Assembly (NCBI GenBank): GCA_964036045.1
Contig: OZ038379.1
Span: 6,448,001 to 6,512,000, forward strand
Source: Eutreptiella sp. 'Long Island Sound 2002'
Taxonomy: Eukaryota > Protista > Euglenida
Length of the DNA stretch: 64,000 nt
Direction: 5' to 3'
A program made the position numbers and the translations under genes. This document shows positions 1 through 11,611 of this stretch, in pieces. A model generated the notes under the pieces. That model searched no databases, was not told the origin of the DNA, and saw only the letters and a list, made by a program, of their open reading frames with translations. The first letter of the stretch is position 1; every line of letters begins with the position of its first letter.

Positions 1-545
1 TAGTTTGCAGGTGTTATTACGACTAAACTTCTATGCCACCGCCCTTCTCCTCTCCCCTCCGGAGCGCAACGGCCCCCCGCTAACCCCCCGGGAAGCCGTT
101 GCCAAGTGACGGTTCCCCCGGGGGGGCAGCGGCACCGTACACGAGCATAGCAAACCGGTGGAAACAAGTAAAATTTGCCAGCGGTGAGGCCTGGGATGGC
201 TAGCAAACACAATGGCAAGCGGAGGAAGGGCGTGAAGAAGAAGAAAGGCATGCATGCCTTCCGTTGACCATCGAAAGGAAACTGCAACATGTGGTTTTTT
301 GGTGACAAAGCGACGTTTCCCCCCAGCCCCCGAGGAATGACATGGGGGGGGAGAGGACAGAGGGAGGGGCGGGAATGACAGCAAAAGGGCCCACGGACCA
401 TCTCCACATGACACAAGGAGCAGCCTGCGATCAGGGCAGATCCTGACGCACCCACCGGGCAACTTCTTGCGGGGGGAGCCGGGCTGCTGTTTGGTTTGCC
501 CGGCATCAACTTCATTGGTTGCTGTCCTCATTGGCTTCCTGCGGC

Positions 546-1061
546 GCAAAGGGGGGGGGGTCTGCGTGTCCTGGAATCCACGGCATGGGCAATGGTCCGT
601 GGAGCAGATTCGCTTGTGGCCGACGATGACATCTTTTTTGGTTGGGTTAACAGGAGTCTGACCTGCTCAAGTGTGTAGCGAAAGCCGGGACGCCACGGAC
701 ACCACAGCAGGTCAAACTCCACCCCATCCAAAGTCGTATCGATGCCCACTGCTCGTCGTGTCCAGGGTCGTGGCGTGCACACGGCACCACCACGGCTCGC
801 GTACGTGTACGACTTGAGCCGATTGGATCGCTCTCTGTGTCCGGCGATGCATGCCTGAGCATCCCCGCCGGGGCTGTGGAGATCTCGGCACACGATCTGC
901 CCGGGATGAGGGCTTCAGCAGTGATATGCGCGACACGTACCCATGGGAGTGGGGCGGGGGGGAGGGTACAGCGTAGTTAAGGGGAGCAAAGGAGGGGGGG
1001 GGGGGTCTCCGTGTCCTGGAATCCACGGCATGGGCAATGGTCCGTGGAGCAGATTCGCTTG
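546..1061. repeat. Pair of ~66-bp direct repeats (546-616 and 994-1061), each starting with a G-tract and containing a TCCACGG...CCGTGGA hairpin
   Basis: GTGTCCTGGAATCCACGGCATGGGCAATGGTCCGTGGAGCAGATTCGCTTG is present twice. Confidence 0.9.
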
Positions 1062-2466
1062 CAAAGCGAAGGTGCAGTTGACGCCTGAATGTGTGCGGGA
1101 GAGGCAGCTGGTCTACTGAAGGGAGGAATTCGCGTCGTGGTGCTGATCCACACCGGCGGAGGGGGTCCGGACCCTAATTCCGGGGCCCAGACAAGGCCCT
1201 CCCTCACTCACATCCCCAATGGACTGGGGGGCAGTCCAACGGCCATCCCCCTCAACACAGAACTAAGGGATCTCGTCTGATGGGCGAAACAAAAGAAACG
1301 GCCCTCAACAGCCCCTCCCCCGCGGGTCATCACCCCGAAATGTATTCGAGACCGTGTCTCCCGGGAGGCACATCCCCCCGGCGGTCAGCACAGAACCTGC
1401 AGACATGATGCAGCCTGAAGGCCGCGTCGCGGAGCTCCATCAACTGCCGCAGGAAAAGATGCCGCACCCGTTGATACCGTGAGCACAGCTGCATCCGAAC
1501 CACAACACAACGCAAGACGTACAGGCGTGTCCTAACGAAACGTGCTGCTGGCCCTCGGCAAACAAGCAAGTCCCGCCACGCCACGCGGCAGATGTGGGTG
1601 GGCCCTACTGAATTATGGATGAGCCCAGGCCAAAAGAAAAATGGCCAAGTAGTGTGTGAAAGGTCTGCGAATCGCGCCGAGTGCATTGTCGCACGCGCCT
1701 TTCGTTCCGCGTCACTGCACGGGCCTTCGGAGGAGCCTGTCCGGCATTGGTCTCGCTTCACGAGGTTACCTCAGATTTGCAAATGTGAGGTAGGGAATGC
1801 CCTCTTCGGGGCCGTTTCGCCCTGTGCTTTGCACGTGTTGTCGTTCTGCTATGTCGCCTGCGCGCGAGGCCGACAGCCTGTGTACAACTGCTGGCACGCA
1901 CAGTTCGGGAACCACAATGCACGTGTGAGTTGTGTTCTACCAGGCTTTTTGAAGAATGTGCCAACTTTGTGCACACTACCCGCGGCCGCTGAAAGGGGGC
2001 AGTCTTCAATGCATGAAAATGAAGAGAGGAAAAACACAACAAAAAAGGAAATCGCCGGACCGTCGCAGACACATGTCAACAGGTGTCCACTGATCCCCCA
2101 CTGCCGTCGGTTGACCGGAAACCGCCGTCAATGGAATGCCAACCTGGAAGCGGTGGGTCTGAACAGGAAAAAAGAACAGCGGCTCCTTCAACACCGCCTC
2201 GCCGCCCATCATGGCAATGCACACCATTGCGGACTTGTGCAGCGACTTCGGTTGGTGCAGGAACAGCCAGACAAGCGTTGCCCACCGACGAGCGTCCGCC
2301 TTGCCACTAATCACTTGGATCCCACTGAGGCGGACACAGGATGCAGGTGGCTCCTACCGAATGGCAGGTGCAAGCGTCAGGAGAGGGTTGCTACTGGAGG
2401 TAATATTGGTCACGGGCTGATTCTGAACGAACCTCGTTTCCCCCGCCGCACACCCGCGGCATGCGG

Positions 2467-2982
2467 CTACTTCTCTTGCCTCCAGTCAGCAAGGGCCTCG
2501 GCCCTCTCCAGCGAATTCAGGTCCACCTGCGGCGTCCCAATCCTCCGGGCATAGCCTTGAGGCGGCAGGCTCTGGATGTCGGAGATGTTCGTGACCCAGC
2601 GGGCCGCGTGCCGGTCATCGGGGTGCTTCAGTTGGTGCGACCGGAACTTGTTCAGGGCCGCTTCGTACTGCCGCTCGTTCAGCAGCTGAAGGGCCGCGCT
2701 CAGCGGGTCCTCCTCCAAAGGGGGCGCGTCCTCCACGGCGAACACCTTCTCGGGCACGGGGTTGTGGGGGTACAGCACCACGTCGACCTGGCGGGCGGCC
2801 ACGCGGTCGTGCAACAGCCCTGACATCTTCTGGTTGCAGATGATGGGCAGGTCGAGCACCATTGCCAGATCCAAAAGGTACGACACCGACCGGACGCCAG
2901 GGCCTCCCAGCGCGATCATCTTGCGCTCCGCGCTCCCTACGGCCCCGCTGGCGACATCGCCCTGCCACATGGCAACCCTCAC
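2467..2982 (-). CDS. 7TM-adenylate cyclase fusion, exon 7 (second half of pseudo-cyclase plus TPR-like helical tail, stop)
   Basis: CAG|GTG acceptor; 171 codons then TAG. VRVAMWQGDVASGAVGS corresponds to LRIGIH.G.V..G.IGS. LSAALQLLNERQYEAALNKF...PDDRHA resembles the helical hairpin that follows many class III cyclases. Confidence 0.85.
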   Translation of the reverse strand: MRVAMWQGDVASGAVGSAERKMIALGGPGVRSVSYLLDLAMVLDLPIICNQKMSGLLHDRVAARQVDVVLYPHNPVPEKVFAVEDAPPLEEDPLSAALQLLNERQYEAALNKFRSHQLKHPDDRHAARWVTNISDIQSLPPQGYARRIGTPQVDLNSLERAEALADWRQEK

Positions 2983-4175
2983 CTGGCGGGAGAGCGAGGG
3001 AGGGGGTGATGGGGGTGGAAGGCACGGAGGGACGGGGGAGAGGTATGGGTATGGGTATGGGGTGCTTGTACAGAGTACCCGGCGAGCACCACCACGTGTC
3101 TCATTCTACTGCGGTTGCCTCTTCGCACTCGTGAGGCATCCGGGGACAGCCACTGCCGTGCCTTGCATGGATGGTGCTGACAGGGCGGTCCATGTATCTG
3201 GCTGGTTACACTGTAGATCCTCACACGGTGAGGCATGCAAAGTGCCTGGTCCATGCTCTCCTGGTCCCTGCTCTCCTGAGCCATTGGCTGAGAGTCACAA
3301 GCCCGCTCTGGCAAGGGTCCTTTGCTACTCTCTTGGAAGACTGACTTGCCAAGGCGAGCCACCGGCCGGGGGGGGGGGGGGGCGGGAGAAAAATATTTTT
3401 GATACCGGGGGGGATAACTTTTTTTTCGGAGGGAACCACCCCCTGGGGGGAGGGGGGGGCGGAGGACAAAAAAAATTGGTCCTACAGGAAAAACCTTTTC
3501 CTCCCATGCCACACATAACACACACATTCATGGTGCTCCTGCTGCATAACATGCCATTGGCACTGGTCAACATTCCTATGATTGGCTATCCAGGCTACTA
3601 GCCCATCTCCAATATGCCATTTGCGACATCTAGCTGTCGGTGGCCCCTTTTCCATCTTCGGAGTACAAGTGCACGATTGAGCAAACAACGTGCATTGCCG
3701 ACATAGGTGGTATTTATGATTCAGTGCACAAAGGCCCCTGAGTACTCTCAGCTATGCATCGTGTCGTAGCCCCACCCTAGCCTCTTGTCGGCGGTAAGAG
3801 TCCCCATGCACAATGCATGGGGCGAGAAACCGGGCAAGCAACTAGTGGACCCTGCATGGGTACAATCGCCCGTCATGGGCGTTCAATAGGTGCCCCAAGA
3901 CTACTGTTGACCCCATGACATCAATCTTCCCACCCGGTCGTTACAGTATCCTTGCCACTTTGTACATGTCCATTATCTCATAGTGCTACTTGATGGACCC
4001 CACATATTCGGATAACTCGTCCTCGCCGTTCAATGGGTGCACCATGTCTGTTGTGGACCCCATGACGCCCATCTTACCACCCAGCCGTTTCACTTTACAC
4101 TGTCATACCATGGACACGGCACAGCCCTGGTGCCAATATATGGCAACTGCCCCACAATGGCCTAGTGATCTAACT

Positions 4176-4470
4176 TGGAGATTCAAGCCAGTTCACAGCA
4201 TGGAGATCCGAAGCCGGATCACACAATGGAGATCCGAAGCCGGTTCACACAATGGAGATCCAAAGCCAGTTCACACACTGGAGATCTGAAGCCGTTCACA
4301 CAATGGAGACCCAGACCCAAGCTGGTTCAAACCACGGAGATCCAAGCCGGTTCACAAAATGGAGATCCAAGGTAGTTCACACAATGGAGTTCCTAAGCCG
4401 GTTCACACAACGGAGATCCGAAGCCGGTTCACACATTGGAGATCCAAGCCGGTTCACACAATGCGGATCC
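4176..4470. repeat. Minisatellite of ~11 copies of a 25-26-bp unit (TGGAGATCCGAAGCCGGTTCACACAA)
   Basis: Units read directly from the sequence, within cyclase intron 6. Confidence 0.92.
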
Positions 4471-6060
4471 ACATTAGCTCACAAGAGTTTTGTGGGAATC
4501 CATTCAAAATACATGGCCTTGGCGTTCTTTCAAGTTGTGTCTTCAGTGGAAGGATTACGCTTAGTTGAGTAGGCCTTCTTTGTCGTGCACTTTGTCTTTG
4601 ATGTCCGATCGGAGAAACTTCGCTGGCGAGCATTTATGGCTACAACACTAGAGTTGGATGAGGAGCTAGATGATGAGGATGTGCTAGAGCTTGAGTTTGA
4701 CGAGTCGGAAGTTGGGGCATTTGAGGCCGCAGGACCACTATCCTCTTCTCTTCATCAAAATTTGAGGGTTCTGATCCCACAAATTTTTTTGCCCCCCCCC
4801 CCCCCCCCCCCCCCGTGCCACCAGCCACAAACCCCTCTTGAGCATCCCCGGGCTCCAGGCCACTTAAGACACTCTGAAGGTTAAACCCTGCTGGTCCACA
4901 AGACCTATGGTGATACTGAAGGCCATGAACAATCCCTTTGGGCTATAGCACTCATACACAGCCACACTTCAGTGAGCTAGGACACCGGGTCCCTGGCCAC
5001 CCGTGCCCAGGGGAAACCGAACTAAGCATGCATGAGACCCCTTCCCTCCCTGCCGTGTGGAAGGCAGGCTCTCCTGGAGACCGTGATTGGCAACCCCTAT
5101 TTCTTCCACTTGTTCTCACAGTGGTAGGGTTGCCTAATCTAGATAGCACCTTCCCCAGGGGTTGGCGGTCCCGGGTGGTGGAGGCCCCATGACCAGGCGG
5201 CAACACTCGGGGCAGAGGATGCGGTGTCGCAACCAATGGAGAGGTCACAATTTCATTCAAAAAGAAAACGATCCCCAAGCAAAATCCCAAACACCCCAAA
5301 AAATTCCCCAATCCCAAAACGCTTGAAGTGACCTTCACAAAGGAGCTCACGGCTCAGCAGGCCAGGCCACCAAAAGCACCGCAGGACGTCTGAAGTTGTG
5401 CAACAAAGTGATTCAACACAAAACTTAGGCAAATCCCCCATTTGACCCCCATGTTTCGTAGACCAGAATTTAGTGCGGTTTGTCCCTGACGAATTCCACA
5501 CGGATGTGTGTGGGTTCGGATCATATCACGGCCACTTCCTCGAAAATTATGACACTGCCAGTGCCCATTTGGTCTTGTCCACAAAACAAGATATGTAAGA
5601 TTCGGTTCGGAATGCATTTTATGTACCTTTCCTTTGGTGCTGGTAGTTGAAAACCCTTGGGACCTTTATCCACGGATCATGGCACATTCTTATGGATAGT
5701 CCTTCAAAAATCTGTTCTGAACAAACGCCAACGGGACGATCAGGTCTCGCCCCTTGAGCGTGTTTCCCAGACCCCCCCCCCCCCCAACTCACAAGGGCTC
5801 GAAGCCCCCCCCTCCCCCCCCCGCCCCAAGTAGCAATGGACCGCATCCCCGGGCCCCTGCAGGCCAAGGGTGAGGGTGTGTCGGGGCCTAGAGGGCACCG
5901 GTTTGGGCTCATACGCCCGCGCAGGGGAGGGCCATGCTTCGAAACAGGGGCTTCAGCCACTGGGAGAAGGCCTCATGAGTTTGTGACGATGGCACACCGG
6001 CTTCAGGGGACGCCCCAGTTACTGCGCCCCAATGCCCCGCATCCTTCGGGGCACACACAC

Positions 6061-6333
6061 CTTCACGCCCTCCAGCGCGAACGGCTCCGCAAGGTCACGC
6101 ACGATCTTGTTGGCGGCCACCACGGCCTGGGACATCACCGCGCGCTTGGCCACGTTCCAGCTGACCAGCACGTACCCCACGCCGAACTGGTCCACCACCC
6201 CCTTCGTGGACCGCGCATGCGCCGCGACGGTCGTGACAAGCTCGTTGGTGGTGCTGACCATCAGGTCCATATCGCCGGCCCCGGGGTCGTTGGGCAGGTA
6301 GGCCTTGACCAGCATGAGGACCCCGGTCCCGAC
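6061..6333 (-). CDS. 7TM-adenylate cyclase fusion, exon 6 (first half of degenerate second cyclase domain)
   Basis: TAG|GTC acceptor, AAG|GTGTGT donor, 91 codons. GVVDQFGVGYVLVSWN resembles the G.VDKFIGD...WN motif without the catalytic Asp. Confidence 0.85.
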
Positions 6334-6383
6334 CTATGCACAGGGGCACAAACTCTCCTGCTTGCTGGACACCGAGGCTGGAA

Positions 6384-7340
6384 ACACCATGACACAATAG
6401 CAACACCATCTCACAACAACACCACAATCACACAACAACAACACCACCACACAACAACAACACCATCACACAACAACAACACCATCACACAACAACAACA
6501 ACATCATACAACAACAACACCATCACACAACAACAACAACATCACACAACAACAACACCATCTCACAACAACACCACCATCTCAGAACAACAACAACACC
6601 ATCACACAACAACAACAACCCCATCACAAAACACCATCACACAACAACAACACCATCACACAACAACAACACCATCTCACAACAACAACACCATCACACA
6701 ACAACAACACCATCACACAACGACAACACCATCACACAACAACAACACCATCACACAACAACAACACCATCTCACAACAACACCACCATCTCAGAACAAC
6801 AACAACACAATCACACAACAACAACCCCATCACAAAACACCATCACACAACAACAACACCACTACACAACAACAACACCATCACACAACAACACCACCAC
6901 CACACAACAACAACACCATCACACAACAACAACACCATCTCACAACAACACCACCATCTCAGAACAACAACACCATCACACAACAACAACACCATCACAC
7001 AACAACAACACCACACAACAACAACACCATCACACAACAACAACACCATCACACAACAACAACACCATCACACAACAACAACACCATCACACAACAACAA
7101 CACCATCACACAACAACACCACAATCTCACAACAACACCACCATCTCAGAACAACAACAACACCATCACACAACAACAACCCCGTCACAAAACACCATCA
7201 CACAACAACAACACACCACTACACAACAACAACACCATCACACAACAACACCACCACCACACAACAAGAACACCATCACACAACAACGACACTCTGACCC
7301 AACAACAACACCATAACACCAATAAAACACCACAACAAAG
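6384..7340. repeat. ~950-bp imperfect CAA/CAC/CAT microsatellite-minisatellite filling cyclase intron 5
   Basis: Reiterated ACAACAACAACACCATCAC-like units, almost devoid of G on the + strand. Confidence 0.97.
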
Positions 7341-7363
7341 CACCAACAGTGGAGCAGCGGCAC

Positions 7364-7633
7364 CTTCATGCTGGCTCCAGCCCCGACCGTGGAGTACGAC
7401 ACGATGGACATCTTGGAAACCTGGCGGCCGTGCTGGGAGCTTGGGGGGCGGACTATCGTAGGGGCGGTGGCTGGCAGGGCCAGGGAGCGGCCCTCCAGCC
7501 CAATGGCGATGACTGCATACACCTTCACCGGTTCCGAGATGCCCTTCAGTTTCTGGGGCCCGCACGGCACCATCTGGGCCATTGACTTGCAGGCTTCGTG
7601 GGTCCGACGGTAGGTCTCATCGGAGCACACCAC
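7364..7633 (-). CDS. 7TM-adenylate cyclase fusion, exon 5 (end of cyclase domain 1, linker)
   Basis: CAG|GTG acceptor, AAG|GTGCCG donor, 90 codons. VVCSDETY...GPQKLKGISEPVKVY is the typical C-terminal LKG motif of cyclases. Confidence 0.92.
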
Positions 7634-7757
7634 CTGCGGCAGATGTGGATGGGCTCGGGAACAGATGTGTACCGGATGTGTACGGGCCGTGTACCTGATA
7701 TGTACCGGATGCACCCACACTCCCATGCACAGGCGCGCGGAGCAACGCACAGCACAC

Positions 7758-8063
7758 CTGCCCACCGACCGCAAGGCCGGAAACCCGCGCAGCAAGATTC
7801 ACCATGGGCCCGTAGTAATCCTTGCGCTTTGTCGTGGGGTCCACCTCAAGTTCACACATGCCCGTGTGCATGCCCATCCGCACCCGCGGCCCATTCCACA
7901 TCACGCGCCCATCCGGCAGCGCCTCCCGCCGCGCGTCGGACATGCCCAGGATCTCTGGCGGCCACTCGACCTCCAGCAGTGCCTTCTGCGCGTCGATGCA
8001 CCACATGACGGCGTTCTCTGGCTCCGTAAACGCGACCATGAAGGCGTCCCCCTCCGTCTTGAC
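7758..8063 (-). CDS. 7TM-adenylate cyclase fusion, exon 4 (catalytic core)
   Basis: CAG|GTC acceptor, CAG|GTGTGC donor, 102 codons. VKTEGDAFMVAF, GPRVRMGMHTG and DYYGPMVNLAARVSG show the Lys/Asp ATP-specifying residues and the catalytic Asn/Arg of class III adenylate cyclases. Confidence 0.95.
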
Positions 8064-8579
8064 CTGTTCGATGATGGGGCGGAGCGGGAATGCACGTGTG
8101 CGCCGGTGCACCGCAGGCGCCAAAGGGGAAGGGCAAACCGCTTTGTCGTACACCGTGAGAGAAACAAGCAACAGAACACAAAAGGTGCGTGCACGTCGAT
8201 GTGTGAACACCATCGCTCTCTGAAAAGGAGAGGCAACAGTGGAACACCCGAACGACCCCCAAGCACCAGCAAACCGTTGTTCTCCTCCGGCTTGCAGGAC
8301 ACCCGGCGCCCCTTGTCCGTGCCTCTCTTTCTGCGCAGGTGCCTATGCCTGGCCAGCCAAGGGTCTGCACCCTGTTCCCAGTCACACTTGGGCACGTATG
8401 GCACAACAGCCGTCGGCGAGAAGCGTAGACCTCCAGGGGCACCCCATGTGGTCGCACGTGCACGTGCACCACATCAGCGTTGCGGAGGATAGCGCATGTG
8501 CAAGGGTACGAAGACTCCTCTCTGCTGGACACCAAGGCTGGGAGCAAATGGGCGATGGTTCTGAGCATACTCAGTGCTA

Positions 8580-8667
8580 ACACCTGCCATAGCGGGTGTT
8601 GGCAGGTGTCACCTAATTTGACAGAGGCGCACACACACGCAATACGCAACAAATAGACACTTTGATA
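8580..8667 (-). ncRNA. Possible degenerate spliced-leader RNA relic in cyclase intron 3
   Basis: TATCAAAGTGTCTATTTGTTGCG (8667-8645) resembles the euglenid SL exon TTTCTGAGTGTCTATTTTTTTTCG as recalled. It is followed by an AAATTAGG stretch and a 10-bp perfect stem-loop (8580-8609). Confidence 0.25.
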
Positions 8668-10108
8668 CAGCCACTGAGTGCTCGATTCTCGTCAAGTTCA
8701 GCATTAAAACAAAGACATGTTCAAACTAGGCGCCTTGCTGTGAGTGGACTGAATGGTGACGAACAGCAGCCGTACTTCGGCATACCAGGCCTGAGAAAGC
8801 ACATGTATACAAAGCACATCTATAAAGCAATGCCAGGTAGGCAGTGCCACCAAAACATGAGTAGTATGGCAGCCCAGCTCACCCCCTCCCGTCCACCCAG
8901 CCCTCGACAATTTAGTCTGTGGTATTAGTCTTTGCCATTTTTTGCCCCTGTCCCCAAGGGTACCCACACACAGTGTGTTTGTGTGCCGAAGGCGCTGTTT
9001 CCAAAAGGCAATGGCCGGGATGCATACCAATGGGAACTTGTGGGTGGCAAAACTTGGGTTGCACTGGACAGACACATGGATCTCGAAACTACTGTCTGGA
9101 GCTATGTCGCTTCATGTGGTGCTCCCGTGCAGGTACAGAAGAGGGGTCGTCACAAAGACCACCACCGGTATGATACACAGGCCACCATAAGGGCTGCCTA
9201 TTCACTAGGCTACAACATGCCTTGCCCCCTTGCAAGGTTGCATGCTTGTTTCGCAAATGGCTGATGAAACATGCACATTGGAATGGCGCCAACTATGCCT
9301 CCCGGCGGCTGCCACTTGACTTGGTAGTGCAAGGCATCACAGGCAATTGTTCTGATGTCCGGAGCCTGGACATGGTCATTCACAAATGTACGAAGCCAGA
9401 CAGACACACACACATAGACATGCATGCTTCATGCTTCATGCTTAGGGCGCGGCTGCGTACAAGCCTGTGGACCCTGAGTCCCCCGCACTGGCACGTCACT
9501 GTTTGTCGCCCCCAGGAGCTGACTTCACCAGCACTCCATTCCTTAGCTGAGCAAAAACCCCGAGTGCCCCTGCTTGCCTCCAAGCCCTCCATCGCTCACC
9601 AACAGCCAGGGGGCAGTTGGACCGCCGGCCCGGTGGACCCACGTCTCCATACTGGGCCCCCAAATGCTTTCCACTGGCACCCTGTAGCACCCCAGCAAAT
9701 GGGTCATGAGCCGCATGTCGCCACCGCAGCTAGAGGGGTCCAACATGTCACTTGCTGCCATGCAGCCCAATCCACTCTGCCCAAACAGCATCCCCATCAC
9801 CGTATGTAGAGACCTGTCATGTCGCAGTGAACTGCCAACTATGGGCACCCTGCCGCGCCATACTACGCTGGGGGGCACAACTTGGCCATCCTCTTGCTGA
9901 TGCCGGTGATGTCAAGGAACGCCAAGTCCACACACGCGCGCGCGCACACACACAGCCCACATACTGACATGCGACCAATGCAGTGCAGTGAAACAGATGG
10001 GAACAAACTGATCCTGCAATGCATGCACATAACAGAGCCCCAGAGATGCCAGGTGTCACAAAAATATCTGGCAGGCGTCGGCAGAGGTGTGCAGACATCT
10101 TGGCAGAT

Positions 10109-10954
10109 CTCTCGGGGACGGTGGGGAATATGCCAACTTTCTGGGTTTTGGGGGGTCGGTGCCATTGTTGCCTCATTTGTGCCAACTGAGTGTTCCGGAG
10201 GTAGGGGTATGTGGGGTATATTTGGAAAGCCCTTGAAAAGGGCTATTTGGAACACCCCAGGTCTACATGCTGGACTGACGACAGTACAGCGGACAATGAG
10301 GACTTACAAACTGGGTTTTCAGCCACACAGACCATCAACAGAAACCTGTTTTGATCCGAGACGAAAAAGTTAAATGGCTGGATTTTGGCAGCACACCTGA
10401 CCCAGTGCATCAGCAGCCCCATCCTGGATATGTATGGCTGAAATCAGGATACAGCGAGACCATTCCCTGGCGCAAGGTGGGGTTGATCAAACGACGAAAC
10501 GTGCACCTCACAACCGATGGCCTGTGGGCCATGCCCCTTACCGAAGGTTGGGTGCCAGTGAAGGCACGGAGGTTGCAGGATTGGCAAAAGTTGAAGAAAT
10601 ATGTCCCTGTCCACAAACAGGGGGATGTGTGCCCTAATGGGGACCCAGCCCTGCCTGAAAAAAGGAATGCTGACGATGACAGTGATTCAGTGTAAAAATG
10701 GATGAACAGTGCAGTGCCATGTTTGTGTGCACCGTCCAATGTGTTGTGCTACGCTGAAAAATGTGACCCCCCCCCCCTCCCCCAACCCATACATTTCTGA
10801 AATGGCCTTTTCTTGCAGATTTGAAAAAGTATACACATAACCCCCCCCCCCCCCCCCGGGTGACGACATGTTTGCACATGGAAGCAAAAGTCGTAGAAAT
10901 TGCCGAAAAGTGCCAAAACCCAGAAAGTTGGCATGTTCTGAATGTCCCCGAGAG
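10109..10954 (+). mobile_element. DNA-transposase C-terminal remnant (Sola/DUF7869-like) bounded by ~42-bp inverted repeats
   Basis: 10160-10695 reads, with stops, GLFGTPQVYMLD..QY...NWVF...KPVLIRDEKVKWLDFG...GYVWLKSGYSE..W..V.L...PVKARRLQDWQKLKKYVP. The arms 10109-10151 and 10913-10954 are imperfect reverse complements. Confidence 0.5.
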
Positions 10955-11212
10955 TAATGTGAGAGCCAAATACACACTTGTGTGCGTTGGATGTTTGGAG
11001 GGAGGGGAGGGGCATAGCGGGACCGGGCAAGAACAAAGCACCAGACGCGAATGTGCCATGCACCGCCCAGGCCAAAGCTGGCCACCTACGCGCCATGCAC
11101 ACCGACCTACAGCAACACACTGCTGCTGCATAAACCCAAACAAACGAGCCCTGCCAACAACCCAAGAGCATGGGGCCCGTCCCTTTGTTAAGGGCATGGT
11201 CGGGGGCCAGAC

Positions 11213-11611
11213 CTCGTAGCCGTCACGCTGCGCGATGCACCGCCGCATGACGGCGTGGTGCGCCTTGACTGCCTTGCGCATGGCGGGGCCGCAGGTCTCC
11301 CACAGCACCGTACTGTTCTGGATGTCGGTGAACACGAGGGTCACGTTCTCCTGGATCTCGTCGTCGTCGTCGTCCTCTGGCCCCTGCGACTCGGCGCTGT
11401 TGAACTGCAGAACGGCGTCCGGGATGAAGGGGCGGTAGAGCTGGAGGTTGCGGTAGATCTGGATGAAGGCCAACTGAATGCGGTTGGGCTGCTCGATATC
11501 GTCCAAATACTTCAGCCGGTCCAAATCCCAACGGGACGCTGCCTCGGCGAGCTCGCAGGCCAGGGCCCCGGTCTTGTTCAGGTCGTTCAGTGAGGCAGAC
11601 ATGTAATCCAC
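11213..11611 (-). CDS. 7TM-adenylate cyclase fusion, exon 3 (linker and start of class III cyclase domain)
   Basis: CAG|GTG acceptor, GAG|GTCTGG donor, 133 codons. Contains VTLVFTDIQNSTVLW (first metal-binding Asp) and ends DGYE. Confidence 0.92.

Noticed and set aside
1330-1761. GC3-rich minus-strand stretch VRHLFLRQLMELRDAAFRLHH as an extra cyclase exon
   Set aside because: The cyclase already ends at a TAG at 2467, there is no canonical acceptor, and no family is recognisable.
4176-4470. Possible CRISPR array
   Set aside because: The units are contiguous with no unique spacers, there are no cas genes, and the context is eukaryotic.
5836-7461. 541-aa + strand ORF rich in H/N/T/Q
   Set aside because: It is the stop-free reading of the CAA microsatellite plus antisense cyclase exons, and the repeat lies inside a GT-AG intron of the minus-strand gene.
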